From Deltaproteobacteria bacterium (lineage in GTDB: Bacteria; Desulfobacterota; Syntrophia; Syntrophales; JAFGHS01), in assembly GCA_016930075.1 (NCBI GenBank), contig JAFGHS010000050.1:32872-96871 (forward strand): a stretch of 64,000 nucleotides of DNA, given 5' to 3'. The translations under genes and the position numbers were made by a program. Under the pieces are notes generated by a model. That model saw nothing but the letters and a program-made list of their open reading frames with translations. It searched no databases and was not told the origin of the DNA. This document shows, one piece after another, positions 30,738 to 40,199 of the stretch (positions are counted from its first letter, which is position 1; each line of letters begins with the position of its first letter).

Positions 30738-33083
30738 TCAACGTTTCCGGAAGGCCTCGGCGAAGGGATTGTTGAATGGTTTGGGCGGTTCCTTCTTAGG
30801 GACAGATTTGAAATCTTTCCCTCCCTTCCTGTCGTCGCGTTGTGGCGGCTTACCCGTCGCAGATTGGGATTTGGGGACAGATTTCAAATCTGTCCCCAAA
30901 CGGTGCAAACCGTTGGCATCGGCCTGTTGATCCGTTGCGGCCTTTTCGCCCGGCGTCTTTTTCATGGAGAGGGAAATCCGCTTCCTTTCCACATCGACGG
31001 CGAGCACCGTCACTTCCACCTTCTGGCTTACTTTCACCACATCCCCCGGCGATTTGATGAACCGGTCGGCCATCTCGCTTACGTGGACCAGGCCGTCCTG
31101 ATGGACGCCGATATCGACAAAAGCGCCGAAGGCCGTAATGTTCGTCACAATGCCGTTGAGCGTCATGCCCACGATGAGGTCCTCGATCTTTTCGACTCCC
31201 TCGGCGAAAATGACATTTTCAAATTGCTCCCGCGGGTCCCGCCCCGGCTTAGCCAGCTCGGCCATAATGTCCCGGAGGGTCGGAAGGCCGATCTTTTCGG
31301 TCGCATAGTTTGTCAGGACGATCTTTTGCCGGCGTGCCTCATCCTGGATAAGATCCATCACGGAACAGCCCTGATCCTGCGCCATCTTTTCGACGACGGA
31401 ATAGCTCTCCGGGTGGACGGCGCTTGTATCGAGGATATTTTCGCTTCCCCGCACGCGAAGGAAGCCTGCGGCCTGCTCGAAGGCCTTTGCCCCGAGGCGG
31501 CGGACTTTCTTGAGTTCCTCCCGGTTTTTGAACGGCCCGTTTTCGTCACGGTGCTTGACGACGTTTTCCGCCAGGGCTGGTCCCATGCCCGATACGTAAG
31601 ACAGGAGCTGGGCGCTCGCCGTGTTGACCTCGACGCCGACGGCATTGACAGAGCTTACCACGATGTCTTCGAGGCAGCGCTGTAATTCGTCCTGATCCAC
31701 GTCATGCTGATACTGGCCGACGCCGATGGATTTTGGTTCGATCTTGACGAGTTCCGCCAGGGGGTCCATCAAGCGCCGGCCGATGGAGACGGCCCCGCGC
31801 ACGGTGATATCATGATCGGGGAATTCATCCCGCGCCGCCTTGGAGGCGGAATAAATGGACGCACCGCTTTCATTGACCATAATGACGGGGATGCTTTGCG
31901 GCAGATCGAGGGTGCGGAGAAAGGCCTCCGTCTCACGGCCGGCCGTGCCGTTCCCCACGGCGATGGCTTCGATGCCGAATTTTCCGCATAAGGTTCTGAC
32001 TGTCCGGGCTGCTTCTTCGCGGCCCCTTTCGGAAAGAAGAGGGAAGATAGTTTCATGGTGGAGAAGCTTTCCCTGACGATCCAGGCAAACGGTCTTGCAG
32101 CCCGTGCGGAAACCGGGATCGACGGCCAGAACAGCCTTCTGCCCTAAGGGCGGCGCGAGGAGGAGCTGGCGAAGATTATCGGCAAACACCCGGATGGCGG
32201 TCTCGTCGGCCCGCTTCTTGGTGGTGAGGCGGGTTTCCGTCTCCATGGAGAGGGCAAGCAGGCGTTTGTAGCTGTCATGAACGGCCAGCTTCACCTGCTC
32301 CGCCGCTTCATTTGTGCTTTTCACGAAAAGGTCTTCCAGAATCTTCAGGGCCTCTTCTTCCGGCGGCGTCATGCGCAGGGTCAGGAATTCCTCCCGCTCA
32401 CCCCGGCGCATCGCCAGGACGCGGTGGGACGGCGCGGCGGCAACGGCCTCTTCCCATTCGTAATAATCCTTGTACTTGATCCCCTCCGCTTCCTTATCCC
32501 GTGCAACCTTTGACCGGATGACGCCGTGGTCGAAAAACAGGGTCCGCATCTGCGCCCGTGCTTCCTGGTCTTCGTTCACCCATTCGGCGATAATATCCCG
32601 CGCCCCGGCCAGGGCTTCATCAATCGACGCGACACCCAGCTCTTCATTGATAAAACCTGCGGCCTCTGCCCCGCAATCCATGTCTGCCTGGGCGAAGATT
32701 TTAAGCGCCAGGGGCTCCAGGCCCTTTTCTTTGGCGATGGTTGCCCGCGTGCGGCGTTTCGGGCGGAAGGGCAGGTAGATGTCTTCAAGGACCGACATGG
32801 TTTCCGCAGCGGCGATCTTTGCCGCCAACTCTTCCGTCAGGAGGTTGCGTTCCGTCAGAGACTTGATGATGGCGTCACGCCGCGCTTCCAGTTCCTCCAG
32901 TTGCAGCAGGCGATCCCGGATGCTTGTAATAACGACTTCATCAAGGGAGCCCGTCGCTTCCTTCCGGTAGCGGGCGATAAAGGGCACTGTCGCCCCTTCG
33001 TCAATCATCTGGGCCGTATCGGCCACCTGTTTGCCCGTCAGGCTGAGTTCTCCGGCAATCTTTTCGTATCTCAGTTCGTTCAT
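30738..33083 (-). CDS. tex: Tex family RNA-binding transcriptional accessory protein
   Basis: GATVPFIARYRKE, DPGFRTGCK, SIGVGQYQHD, S1 domain FGAFVDIGVHQDGLVH; ATG 33083 preferred. Confidence 0.95.
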   Translation of the reverse strand: MNELRYEKIAGELSLTGKQVADTAQMIDEGATVPFIARYRKEATGSLDEVVITSIRDRLLQLEELEARRDAIIKSLTERNLLTEELAAKIAAAETMSVLEDIYLPFRPKRRTRATIAKEKGLEPLALKIFAQADMDCGAEAAGFINEELGVASIDEALAGARDIIAEWVNEDQEARAQMRTLFFDHGVIRSKVARDKEAEGIKYKDYYEWEEAVAAAPSHRVLAMRRGEREEFLTLRMTPPEEEALKILEDLFVKSTNEAAEQVKLAVHDSYKRLLALSMETETRLTTKKRADETAIRVFADNLRQLLLAPPLGQKAVLAVDPGFRTGCKTVCLDRQGKLLHHETIFPLLSERGREEAARTVRTLCGKFGIEAIAVGNGTAGRETEAFLRTLDLPQSIPVIMVNESGASIYSASKAARDEFPDHDITVRGAVSIGRRLMDPLAELVKIEPKSIGVGQYQHDVDQDELQRCLEDIVVSSVNAVGVEVNTASAQLLSYVSGMGPALAENVVKHRDENGPFKNREELKKVRRLGAKAFEQAAGFLRVRGSENILDTSAVHPESYSVVEKMAQDQGCSVMDLIQDEARRQKIVLTNYATEKIGLPTLRDIMAELAKPGRDPREQFENVIFAEGVEKIEDLIVGMTLNGIVTNITAFGAFVDIGVHQDGLVHVSEMADRFIKSPGDVVKVSQKVEVTVLAVDVERKRISLSMKKTPGEKAATDQQADANGLHRLGTDLKSVPKSQSATGKPPQRDDRKGGKDFKSVPKKEPPKPFNNPFAEAFRKR
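30798..30897. repeat. Two copies of the 25-bp palindrome inside the tex coding sequence
   Basis: 30798-30822 (AGGGACAGATTTGAAATCTTTCCCT) and 30873-30897 (GGGGACAGATTTCAAATCTGTCCCC). Confidence 0.85.
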
Positions 33084-33452
33084 CGTGATCCTTTTTTGTT
33101 TTTGTGGAATCCGGGAGGCTATCACAAGCCACGAAGTAAATGCAATCGCCAGATTGACGGTGTTCAGAAAAATTATTTTGGAATATTTTACAAATAATCC
33201 TTGCTATTTATGAATTAACCCTGTACAAGGCGCCATGTGATCGCGATAGTTATTGACCTTCCCACCTTTCTTCTTCAGAAACTTCGGCAGGAAAATCCAG
33301 CTCATCGTAATAGAATCCAGCTATTGTGCAATGCTTGTAACCGGTCTTGCCGGTTGGGCATCAGTGTATGACGCGGTGCAACTTGAAAGCCGCAACGATT
33401 AGACATGGGTTCAAATGTCACGAATACTTAAATACAGAAGGAAAAAGAAGAA

Positions 33453-34742
33453 ATGAGTTTTGAGAAGTTTGCTTTAAACGCGAAATTAATTGCCGGCGTG
33501 CAATCCGCAGGATACACAACGCCGACGCCCATTCAACTAAAATCAATCCCGCCGATCATGGAAGGCCGCGATGTTATGGGGCTTGCCCAGACGGGCACGG
33601 GGAAAACGGCGGCCTTTGTGCTGCCCATCCTGCAGCGGCTCATGGCCGGTCCGCGCGGCCCGGTCCGCGCCCTGATCATCGCCCCGACGCGGGAATTGAG
33701 CGAACAGACCCATCAGGTCATCAGGCAGTTGGGCTGCAAGACGCAACTCCGCAGCACCTCCATCTACGGCGGCGTCAGCATGCAAGGACAGATCAAAAGA
33801 CTGCATGATCGTGTGGACATCATCTCCGCATGCCCCGGCCGTCTCCTGGATCACCTTGATCGCGGCACCGTGGATCTATCCCACATCGAGGTTCTGGTTC
33901 TGGATGAGGCCGATCATATGTTTGACATGGGCTTCCTGCCGGATGTCCGGAGAATTGTGAAGCGCCTTCCGGCAAAGCGTCAGACTCTGCTTTTCTCTGC
34001 CACCATGCCCGAAGACATCCAGATCCTGGCCAACGATCTCCTGCAAAATCCGCTGGAGATTAAAATCGGCCGCACAGCGCCCGTTGAGAGCGTTTCGCAT
34101 CGATTTTATCCGGTCCGGATGGAAACGAAAACCGACCTGCTGAAAGATATTCTCGACCATACTGAGACGGATTCCGTTCTGATCTTTACGCGGACGAAAT
34201 CGCGGGCGAAGAGCGTGGCGGGACAACTGGACAGATCAGGATATAAAGCGATTTCCCTGCACGGCAACCTGACGCAGCAAAAAAGACAGCAGGCCCTGGA
34301 CGGTTTCCGCGACGGCCGTTACGACATCATGGTTGCCACCGACATCGCCGCCCGCGGCATTGATGTGATGGGGATTTCGCATGTCATTAATTACGATATG
34401 CCGGCGACGACGGATGCCTACACCCATCGCATCGGCAGAACGGGCCGCGCCTCCCAAACGGGAGAAGCCTTTACGTTTGTGACCGGTCAGGATGTGAGCC
34501 TGGCGCACTCGCTGAAAAAGACCCTGGGAGACAAACTTGCTTATCATTGCATCGACGGACTGACCATTGCCATGCCGACGGTCCAGGTGGATGCTCCCGG
34601 CCGCAATCGCGGTGGGAGGGGCATGAAGCCGCAAAAAGGAAACGGCGGCGGCCGGTCATTTTCTTCTCCCAAGTCCTATGAAAGCAGAAAATCCAGACCG
34701 CGCTCTCTCCCATCCGCGGGCCGTCATTCATGGACCCATTGA
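33453..34742 (+). CDS. DEAD-box RNA helicase (RhlE-like)
   Basis: PTPIQ, AQTGTGKT, PTREL, LDEAD, SAT, HRIGRTGR; RG-rich tail. Confidence 0.95.
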   Translation: MSFEKFALNAKLIAGVQSAGYTTPTPIQLKSIPPIMEGRDVMGLAQTGTGKTAAFVLPILQRLMAGPRGPVRALIIAPTRELSEQTHQVIRQLGCKTQLRSTSIYGGVSMQGQIKRLHDRVDIISACPGRLLDHLDRGTVDLSHIEVLVLDEADHMFDMGFLPDVRRIVKRLPAKRQTLLFSATMPEDIQILANDLLQNPLEIKIGRTAPVESVSHRFYPVRMETKTDLLKDILDHTETDSVLIFTRTKSRAKSVAGQLDRSGYKAISLHGNLTQQKRQQALDGFRDGRYDIMVATDIAARGIDVMGISHVINYDMPATTDAYTHRIGRTGRASQTGEAFTFVTGQDVSLAHSLKKTLGDKLAYHCIDGLTIAMPTVQVDAPGRNRGGRGMKPQKGNGGGRSFSSPKSYESRKSRPRSLPSAGRHSWTH

Positions 34743-34757
34743 TAGCTAAATAGAGCC

Positions 34758-35435
34758 TTACTGCTGCAACTGCACGAAGGCCCGGAGCTTGCCCATATTT
34801 TCCCTGAAGGCGGAGGCGACCTTCTCTTTACGGTCCTCCGCCCAATCGGGTTCCCAGCCCAAACCGACGTCTTCACCGACCAGAATAACGGCGATTTGCG
34901 TGACCCGCGGTTTTGCCTCGATGATCGTCGTGACCGTGCAGACCCTCATGGGAGATTTGCAGTCATTGCACTTGCCGCCCTCGACGGCGCAAGGCGTTTT
35001 GAGCCCTGCGATCTTTGCCATGGCCGGCGCTGTTGTTGTTTTTATGCGATTTAGGGCGGCGGTTACATCTCTGACGATCTTATTTATCCCGGCGACGACG
35101 ATGACCTGTTTAGGCCCGAAGATCATGGCCGATACGCGATTTCCCGTCATATCCGTATTCACCAGCTTGCCGTCCATGGTAATGGCGTTGCTGCTGGTCA
35201 GATAAACGTCCGGCTGCTTCCGCGTCATGTTGCCCCGCTTCACCAGTTCATCCGTAATGCCGAGCTGCATCAGCGACACGGAACCGCCGATGCCCACCTT
35301 CGCCTCCGGCGGGATCATGGCCAGAACGATCTTTGCGACGTCTTCGGCTTTCTCTACATATTCCACGGGATCAAAACGGTTTGACTTCAGGGCCTTGATG
35401 GTTGCCTGTACATCCTGTTCCATTGTTTCAGTCAT
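34758..35435 (-). CDS. LUD-domain (LutC/YkgG-like) protein
   Basis: GGSVSL, SSNAITMDG.LVN.D..GNRV, GPK.VIVVAG.NKIV, PC....G.C.DC....RVC. Confidence 0.88.
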   Translation of the reverse strand: MTETMEQDVQATIKALKSNRFDPVEYVEKAEDVAKIVLAMIPPEAKVGIGGSVSLMQLGITDELVKRGNMTRKQPDVYLTSSNAITMDGKLVNTDMTGNRVSAMIFGPKQVIVVAGINKIVRDVTAALNRIKTTTAPAMAKIAGLKTPCAVEGGKCNDCKSPMRVCTVTTIIEAKPRVTQIAVILVGEDVGLGWEPDWAEDRKEKVASAFRENMGKLRAFVQLQQ

Positions 35436-35476
35436 GGCAGACTCCTTTTCTTCATTGTGATGTCTGTAAGAGATAT

Positions 35477-35501
35477 GGGGACAGATTTGAAATCTGTCCC
35501 C
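35477..35501. repeat. 25-bp palindrome family, perfect copy
   Basis: GGGGACAGATTTGAAATCTGTCCCC. Confidence 0.85.
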
Positions 35502-35622
35502 ATAGTAAATTTGTGTCCCCCAAAATCCCTTAGCATTAATCCAAAACGATAGTCAACCTTATGGGTGCCAGAAGCGCTGTTGCAAGGCAAACCATACATT
35601 AAAAATCAAGGCTAAAATAATA

Positions 35623-35651
35623 TTGACAGTCGCGCAGGTTGTTTCTATAGT
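35623..35651 (+). promoter_or_regulatory. Sigma70 promoter for LLM gene
   Basis: TTGACA-17 bp-TATAGT. Confidence 0.7.
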
Positions 35652-35674
35652 CCGGCCATCGAAGAATTTTTGCT

Positions 35675-35840
35675 AAGTACTTTGTTTCATAAGTCCAGTG
35701 TCATATCGACCGAAGGGAGATATCTGGTTGTAAATGTTTACCCATATAGATTTCTCATCCCGCTGAGGCGGGATTCGAAATGACAATATGTATCGTTCGA
35801 AATAACAATGCATAACTGAATTTATGAATTTTTGCACTAA
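35675..35840. mobile_element. MITE-like element (TIR AGT[AG]C-N5-TTCATAA) enclosing a GTCAT..ATGAC REP doublet
   Basis: Left agtactttgtttcataagtccagt, right actgaatttatgaatttttgcact; internal hairpin 35699-35785. Confidence 0.65.
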
Positions 35841-35868
35841 GCCATTTTCTAAACATGAGGCCCCCGGC

Positions 35869-36642
35869 ATGCCGATAAAAATCAGCGCCGAGTTGTCCCA
35901 CATCTGTCCCCTTGACGACATCAGGCGGCACGCAGCCGCGCTTGAACGCCTCGGTTATTTTCGGGTCTGGATTCCTGATACGCTGGTTTCCCCCTGGGAG
36001 GCATGGACGGCGGCAGGCATTGCCGTGCAGCATACAAACAGAATCCAGATCGGCGTTGGCGTCATGAACCCTTATACCCGCCACCCTGTCGTGGCCGCCC
36101 AGATGGCCGCAACCCTGCAACATTTAAGCGGCGGGCGGATGGCTGTATCCGTCGGCAAAGGCATCGGGCGGTTTCTGGAAAAAGCCGGAATCGAGCAGAA
36201 AGACAGGGCCGTTGAAGAATATATCAGTGTGCTGCGAAGATTGATCGCCGGCGAACGGACAAGTTTCCAGGGCAATGCGTTTCATCTGGACGGCATGCGC
36301 ATCAGGGTGCCGGCGCCGGAGAAGCCCGTTCCCGTCTATATGGCGGCCATCGGCGTCGATAGCTGGCAGTCGGCCATAGAGGCGGCCGACGGCGTGGAGA
36401 CGATCTGGAATGATAATATTATGGAGATCCGCAGTCAGGTCAGGCATGTGCGCACCCTCCCCACGGCAGTCCTGATGCCGTTTTCCGTCTCCCGGAGCGA
36501 TTTTTTCAAGGACCGGATTGTTTCCGCTGCCGACTTGCAGGACCGGATCTCCATCCTGGAGGAGACCGGATTTGATGAAGCGATTGTGGCTTACGGTGAT
36601 ATGGCCGATTTGAGCGAAGCCGTTTTGTTGCGTACCGGTTAG
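35869..36642 (+). CDS. LLM-class flavin-dependent oxidoreductase (short, Mer-like)
   Basis: W.PD, T.RI.IG.GV.NPYTRHP...AQ.AATL..LSGGR, PVYMAA.G. Confidence 0.85.
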   Translation: MPIKISAELSHICPLDDIRRHAAALERLGYFRVWIPDTLVSPWEAWTAAGIAVQHTNRIQIGVGVMNPYTRHPVVAAQMAATLQHLSGGRMAVSVGKGIGRFLEKAGIEQKDRAVEEYISVLRRLIAGERTSFQGNAFHLDGMRIRVPAPEKPVPVYMAAIGVDSWQSAIEAADGVETIWNDNIMEIRSQVRHVRTLPTAVLMPFSVSRSDFFKDRIVSAADLQDRISILEETGFDEAIVAYGDMADLSEAVLLRTG

Positions 36643-36669
36643 ATGGCTGCCTGTTTTAGCCGGAATCGC

Positions 36670-36802
36670 GAGACCTTTGAAAAAAGGCCTTTTTGTCATT
36701 GCGAGCGTAGCGAAGCAATCTCGTAAGTATACGACAATGCAAGAGATTGCCACAGCACTCGGCGCTTCGCAATGACACAAAACACAGAAATTCAAAGCGC
36801 TC
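36670..36802. mobile_element. MITE with TIR GAG..CTTTGAA and 5-bp target duplication ATCGC, enclosing a GTCATTGCGAG...CGCAATGAC REP doublet
   Basis: ATCGC|GAGACCTTTGAA...TTCAAAGCGCTC|ATCGC; internal hairpin 36694-36777. Confidence 0.8.
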
Positions 36803-36944
36803 ATCGCGTTTCGTGATCATGAAAATCCTTTTCACCTCAGTCGCGATAGGGTATATTAGCCGCATTGAAAGTAAATGATGGTTCGTATGTGATCATACAA
36901 GCTTGACATGGCTTATCATAAAGCGAAAAGGAGACCAATTTGCC

Positions 36945-39500
36945 ATGACGGGGAAATCCGAAACCGGCAGCAAAACAAAGGCAGCCGCAAAATCCAAATC
37001 AATTGGTCTAAAGAAATCGGCCCTTAAGCCGAATAAAAAATCAAACAGAGAGCAAGAAAAATCAGATCTCTTTTTTAAAGATGTTCTCAATAACATCGGC
37101 GTCGGCATTTATATCGTCCAGGGAAACAAATTTGTCTATGTAAATCCCCTGTTTGAGATTATCAGCGGCTATAGCAACGACGATTTAATCGAAATAAATC
37201 CGCTCGATCTGATCTATCCCGACGATAGAGAAAAAATCAGAAGAGTGGCCGTAAAAAACTTAAAAGAAAAAAGAGCCGACTTTTATGAATACAGATTTAT
37301 CAAGAAAAACGGTCAGATCATATGGATCCTGGAGAAGGTCTCATCCATTCAATATCAGGGGAAACGCGCCACTTTAGGCAGTTTCATGGACATCACGGAA
37401 CGTAAATATACGGAAGAGGATTTACGCCGAAGCGAAGAAAAACATCGAACAATTGTCGAAAATATTGAAGATGGATATACGGAACTCGACCTCAAGGGCA
37501 ACTTTATTTTTATCAATGAAGCATTGTGCAAGATTCATGGATACGCAAAAGACGAATTAATGAAATACAACTATCGCGACTTGATGGACAAAGCCAATGC
37601 CGAATGGATATTTACGGCATACAACAAAGTTTTCACCACAGGCGAATCGGAAAAAGAAGTCTCGTATGAAATTATTCGCAAATCCGGAGAACGCAGGTAT
37701 GTGGATACGTCGATTACGCCCATAAAAGACAACGCCGGCCGGATCGTTGCCTTTCGCGGTATCCTTCGGGACAGAACGGAGCGTCAGAAAATGCAGAAGG
37801 CCGTTCTTGAATCGGAAGAAAGATACCGCTCCATTATCGAGCAAATGGAAGACGGCTATTTTGAAACCGACCTGGACGGCTGTTTTACCTATGTGAACGA
37901 CGCCGAATGCCGGAATCTCGGATATTCCCGTGAGGAATTGATCGGCAGGGATCGCAACCTCTACTCGGATGTGGAGAATTCAAAAGCCCTATTTCGTCTT
38001 TTTCACGGCGTCTATGAAACGGAACAGCCGGTCAGGGCCTATGACGTTGAATTGATTAAAAAAGACGGTACGAGAACATTCAATGAAATATCCGTTACCC
38101 TGATAAGGAATGCACAAGGGGAGCCTGCCGGTTTCCGGGGCATTGCCCGCGACGTCACGGAACGGAAACGCGCGGAAGAGCAGATCCAGTATCTGGCTAC
38201 GCACGACAGTCTCACGGGCGTGCCCAACCGGGCCATGTTCAGCCAGTTGTTCAACCATGCCATCCAGTCCTCGAAGCGGTACAATCGCCGGTTGGCCGTC
38301 TTGTTCATCGATCTGGATCGCTTTAAAATCATCAATGATACACTGGGCCATGAAGCAGGCGACCAGGTGCTCAAGGAGATTGCATCGCGGTTCCGGCAAA
38401 TGCTGCGCGCCACGGATGTTGTTGCGCGGCTGGGCGGGGATGAATTTGTCATCTTGATGGAAGAGGTAAAAGATATGGAGCAGGTTGCCGAAGTCGCTCA
38501 CAAGCTCCTCGCCGCAGTGATGAGATCCATGTCCGTTATGGGCGAAGATTGCCGTGTAACGGCGAGCATCGGCATCAGCATGTTTCCGAGAGACGGTGAA
38601 GATGAACAAACTCTGATGAAAAATGCCGATATCGCTATGTATTTGGCGAAAGAAGAAGGGAAAAACAACTTCCAGTTCTACTCCCGGAGCATTAAATCGC
38701 ATTCCATTGAGAAACTGGCTTTAGAGACACAACTGCGCTTTGCTCTCGAACGGAAAGAGCTTTCCCTCCAATATCAGGCCAAGCTGGACTTCAATAAGGG
38801 CTCTATTGCCGGCGTCGAGGCCTTATTGCGCTGGAACAACCCATACCTTGGGGAAGTGACGCCGACGCAGTTTATTCCCGTCGCCGAAGAGAGCGGGTTG
38901 ATCGTACCGATCGGCAGGTGGGTCTTGGAAACCGCATGCAGGCAAAATGTCGTCTGGCAGAAACAGGGGCTTCCACAGATTTTAATGGCTGTCAATCTTT
39001 CGCCCCGTCATCTCCTCGATGACGGTCTGATAAGGGATATTAAAGAAGCGCTGAAGACGTCAGGCATGGCGGCCAATCTGCTGGAACTCGACATCACTGA
39101 AAGTATGGTGATGCATAACCCCGGTCGTGTGATTGCTGTTTTGAGTAAAATAAAAGATGTGGGCGTGCGGATTGCCATTGACGATTTCGGCACCGGTTAT
39201 TCGTCGCTTGCCCATATCAAGAGCTTCCCCATCGACACGCTGAAGGTGGACAGGTCTTTCATACGCAATATCGTGCAGGACGCCGGCGACAAGGCCGTCA
39301 CCGAAGCCATCATCGCCATGGGCAAAACGCTCAGCCTGACCGTCATTGCGGAGGGCGTGGAGACTCAGGAACAGATGGATTATCTGCACGAGCAGTCCTG
39401 CGACCTGATACAGGGATTTTATTTCAGCAAGCCTGTTGCGCCCGACACGTTTGCCGATCTGTTGCGCACACATAACCCCGCCTTACACAAAAGCAACTGA
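36945..39500 (+). CDS. Three-PAS diguanylate cyclase/phosphodiesterase (GGDEF-EAL)
   Basis: Three PAS/PAC repeats (DITERK, DRTER, DVTERK), RATD I-site, [30 protein letters not shown]. Confidence 0.95.
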   Translation: MTGKSETGSKTKAAAKSKSIGLKKSALKPNKKSNREQEKSDLFFKDVLNNIGVGIYIVQGNKFVYVNPLFEIISGYSNDDLIEINPLDLIYPDDREKIRRVAVKNLKEKRADFYEYRFIKKNGQIIWILEKVSSIQYQGKRATLGSFMDITERKYTEEDLRRSEEKHRTIVENIEDGYTELDLKGNFIFINEALCKIHGYAKDELMKYNYRDLMDKANAEWIFTAYNKVFTTGESEKEVSYEIIRKSGERRYVDTSITPIKDNAGRIVAFRGILRDRTERQKMQKAVLESEERYRSIIEQMEDGYFETDLDGCFTYVNDAECRNLGYSREELIGRDRNLYSDVENSKALFRLFHGVYETEQPVRAYDVELIKKDGTRTFNEISVTLIRNAQGEPAGFRGIARDVTERKRAEEQIQYLATHDSLTGVPNRAMFSQLFNHAIQSSKRYNRRLAVLFIDLDRFKIINDTLGHEAGDQVLKEIASRFRQMLRATDVVARLGGDEFVILMEEVKDMEQVAEVAHKLLAAVMRSMSVMGEDCRVTASIGISMFPRDGEDEQTLMKNADIAMYLAKEEGKNNFQFYSRSIKSHSIEKLALETQLRFALERKELSLQYQAKLDFNKGSIAGVEALLRWNNPYLGEVTPTQFIPVAEESGLIVPIGRWVLETACRQNVVWQKQGLPQILMAVNLSPRHLLDDGLIRDIKEALKTSGMAANLLELDITESMVMHNPGRVIAVLSKIKDVGVRIAIDDFGTGYSSLAHIKSFPIDTLKVDRSFIRNIVQDAGDKAVTEAIIAMGKTLSLTVIAEGVETQEQMDYLHEQSCDLIQGFYFSKPVAPDTFADLLRTHNPALHKSN

Positions 39501-39554
39501 TATTCCGGCATGTCTGTATCGGACTGGTCCCTATCAGTGTCAGCCCGGCAACGT

Positions 39555-39693
39555 TAGTGTGCTGTTGAAATAACGACTTTACAATACTGTCATTTCGAAT
39601 CCCGCCTTAGCGGGATGAGAAATCTTTACGACTTCGGATAGAAAGAAAGATATCTCACCTCGGTCGATATGACTATATACCATTGAAACACTA
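39555..39693. mobile_element. MITE-like element (ends TAGTGT...ACACTA) containing an inverted copy of the 35699-35785 REP doublet
   Basis: 39588-39673 arms nearly identical to the reverse complement of 35699-35785. Confidence 0.65.
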
Positions 39694-39738
39694 CGATAGA
39701 GGGCTCCGTTCGGGTTCTGCATGATCCGATTTCCGGAG

Positions 39739-40012
39739 CTACTCCTCCATCATCCGTTCGATTTCATTCTGCAGTCGATTCAAATGATCCCGATATGAAG
39801 TGTTCTGATAATGAAGAACATCCTGAGCGGCGTCTGTATCATACCAGTCGCACCAGCCGGGTGATTCGAGGTAGTTCACATCTTCAAGACGACATCGCCT
39901 TTTTTATCAATCCGTCGAGCCCGGCGGCCTCCTACACGGTGAGAATCTTGGCAACCATGCTGGTCTGCGTCGAATAGCTGCATCCGTCCATGAAATATTC
40001 TTTAGATGGCAT
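39739..40012 (-). pseudogene. Chimeric remnant: DUF362-like N-terminus joined to the C-terminus of another gene
   Basis: MPSKEYFMD..YSTQTSMVAKILTV*EAAGLDGLIKK(G)DVV (internal TAG, frameshift), then in another frame DVNYLESPGWCDWYDT...EIERMMEE*; RBS AAGGGAG. Confidence 0.55.
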
Positions 40013-40142
40013 TTCTTTAATTCTCCCTTATTCAATAACCTTCATGTGATTTCGGGATGGATACGGGATCCGGATTATTTAAATGATTGGACTCCCGCCA
40101 GCGCGGGAGTGACAGGATACGATCATAGGCGGCAATACGGGG

Positions 40143-40189
40143 ACCGGTCATATGGGGACAGATTTCAAATCTGTCCCCATATGACCGGT
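40143..40189. repeat. 25-bp palindrome family copy with 11-bp extended stem
   Basis: accggtcatat-GGGGACAGATTTCAAATCTGTCCCC-atatgaccggt. Confidence 0.85.
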
Positions 40190-40199
40190 GTGACGGTCT

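Noticed and set aside
30666..30897. Clustered palindromic repeats as a CRISPR array
   Set aside because: Irregular spacing, two copies inside tex, other copies dispersed through the window, and no cas genes.
39930..39936. In-frame TAG as pyrrolysine or readthrough
   Set aside because: A frameshift and a deletion junction follow within a few codons, which indicates a decayed gene.
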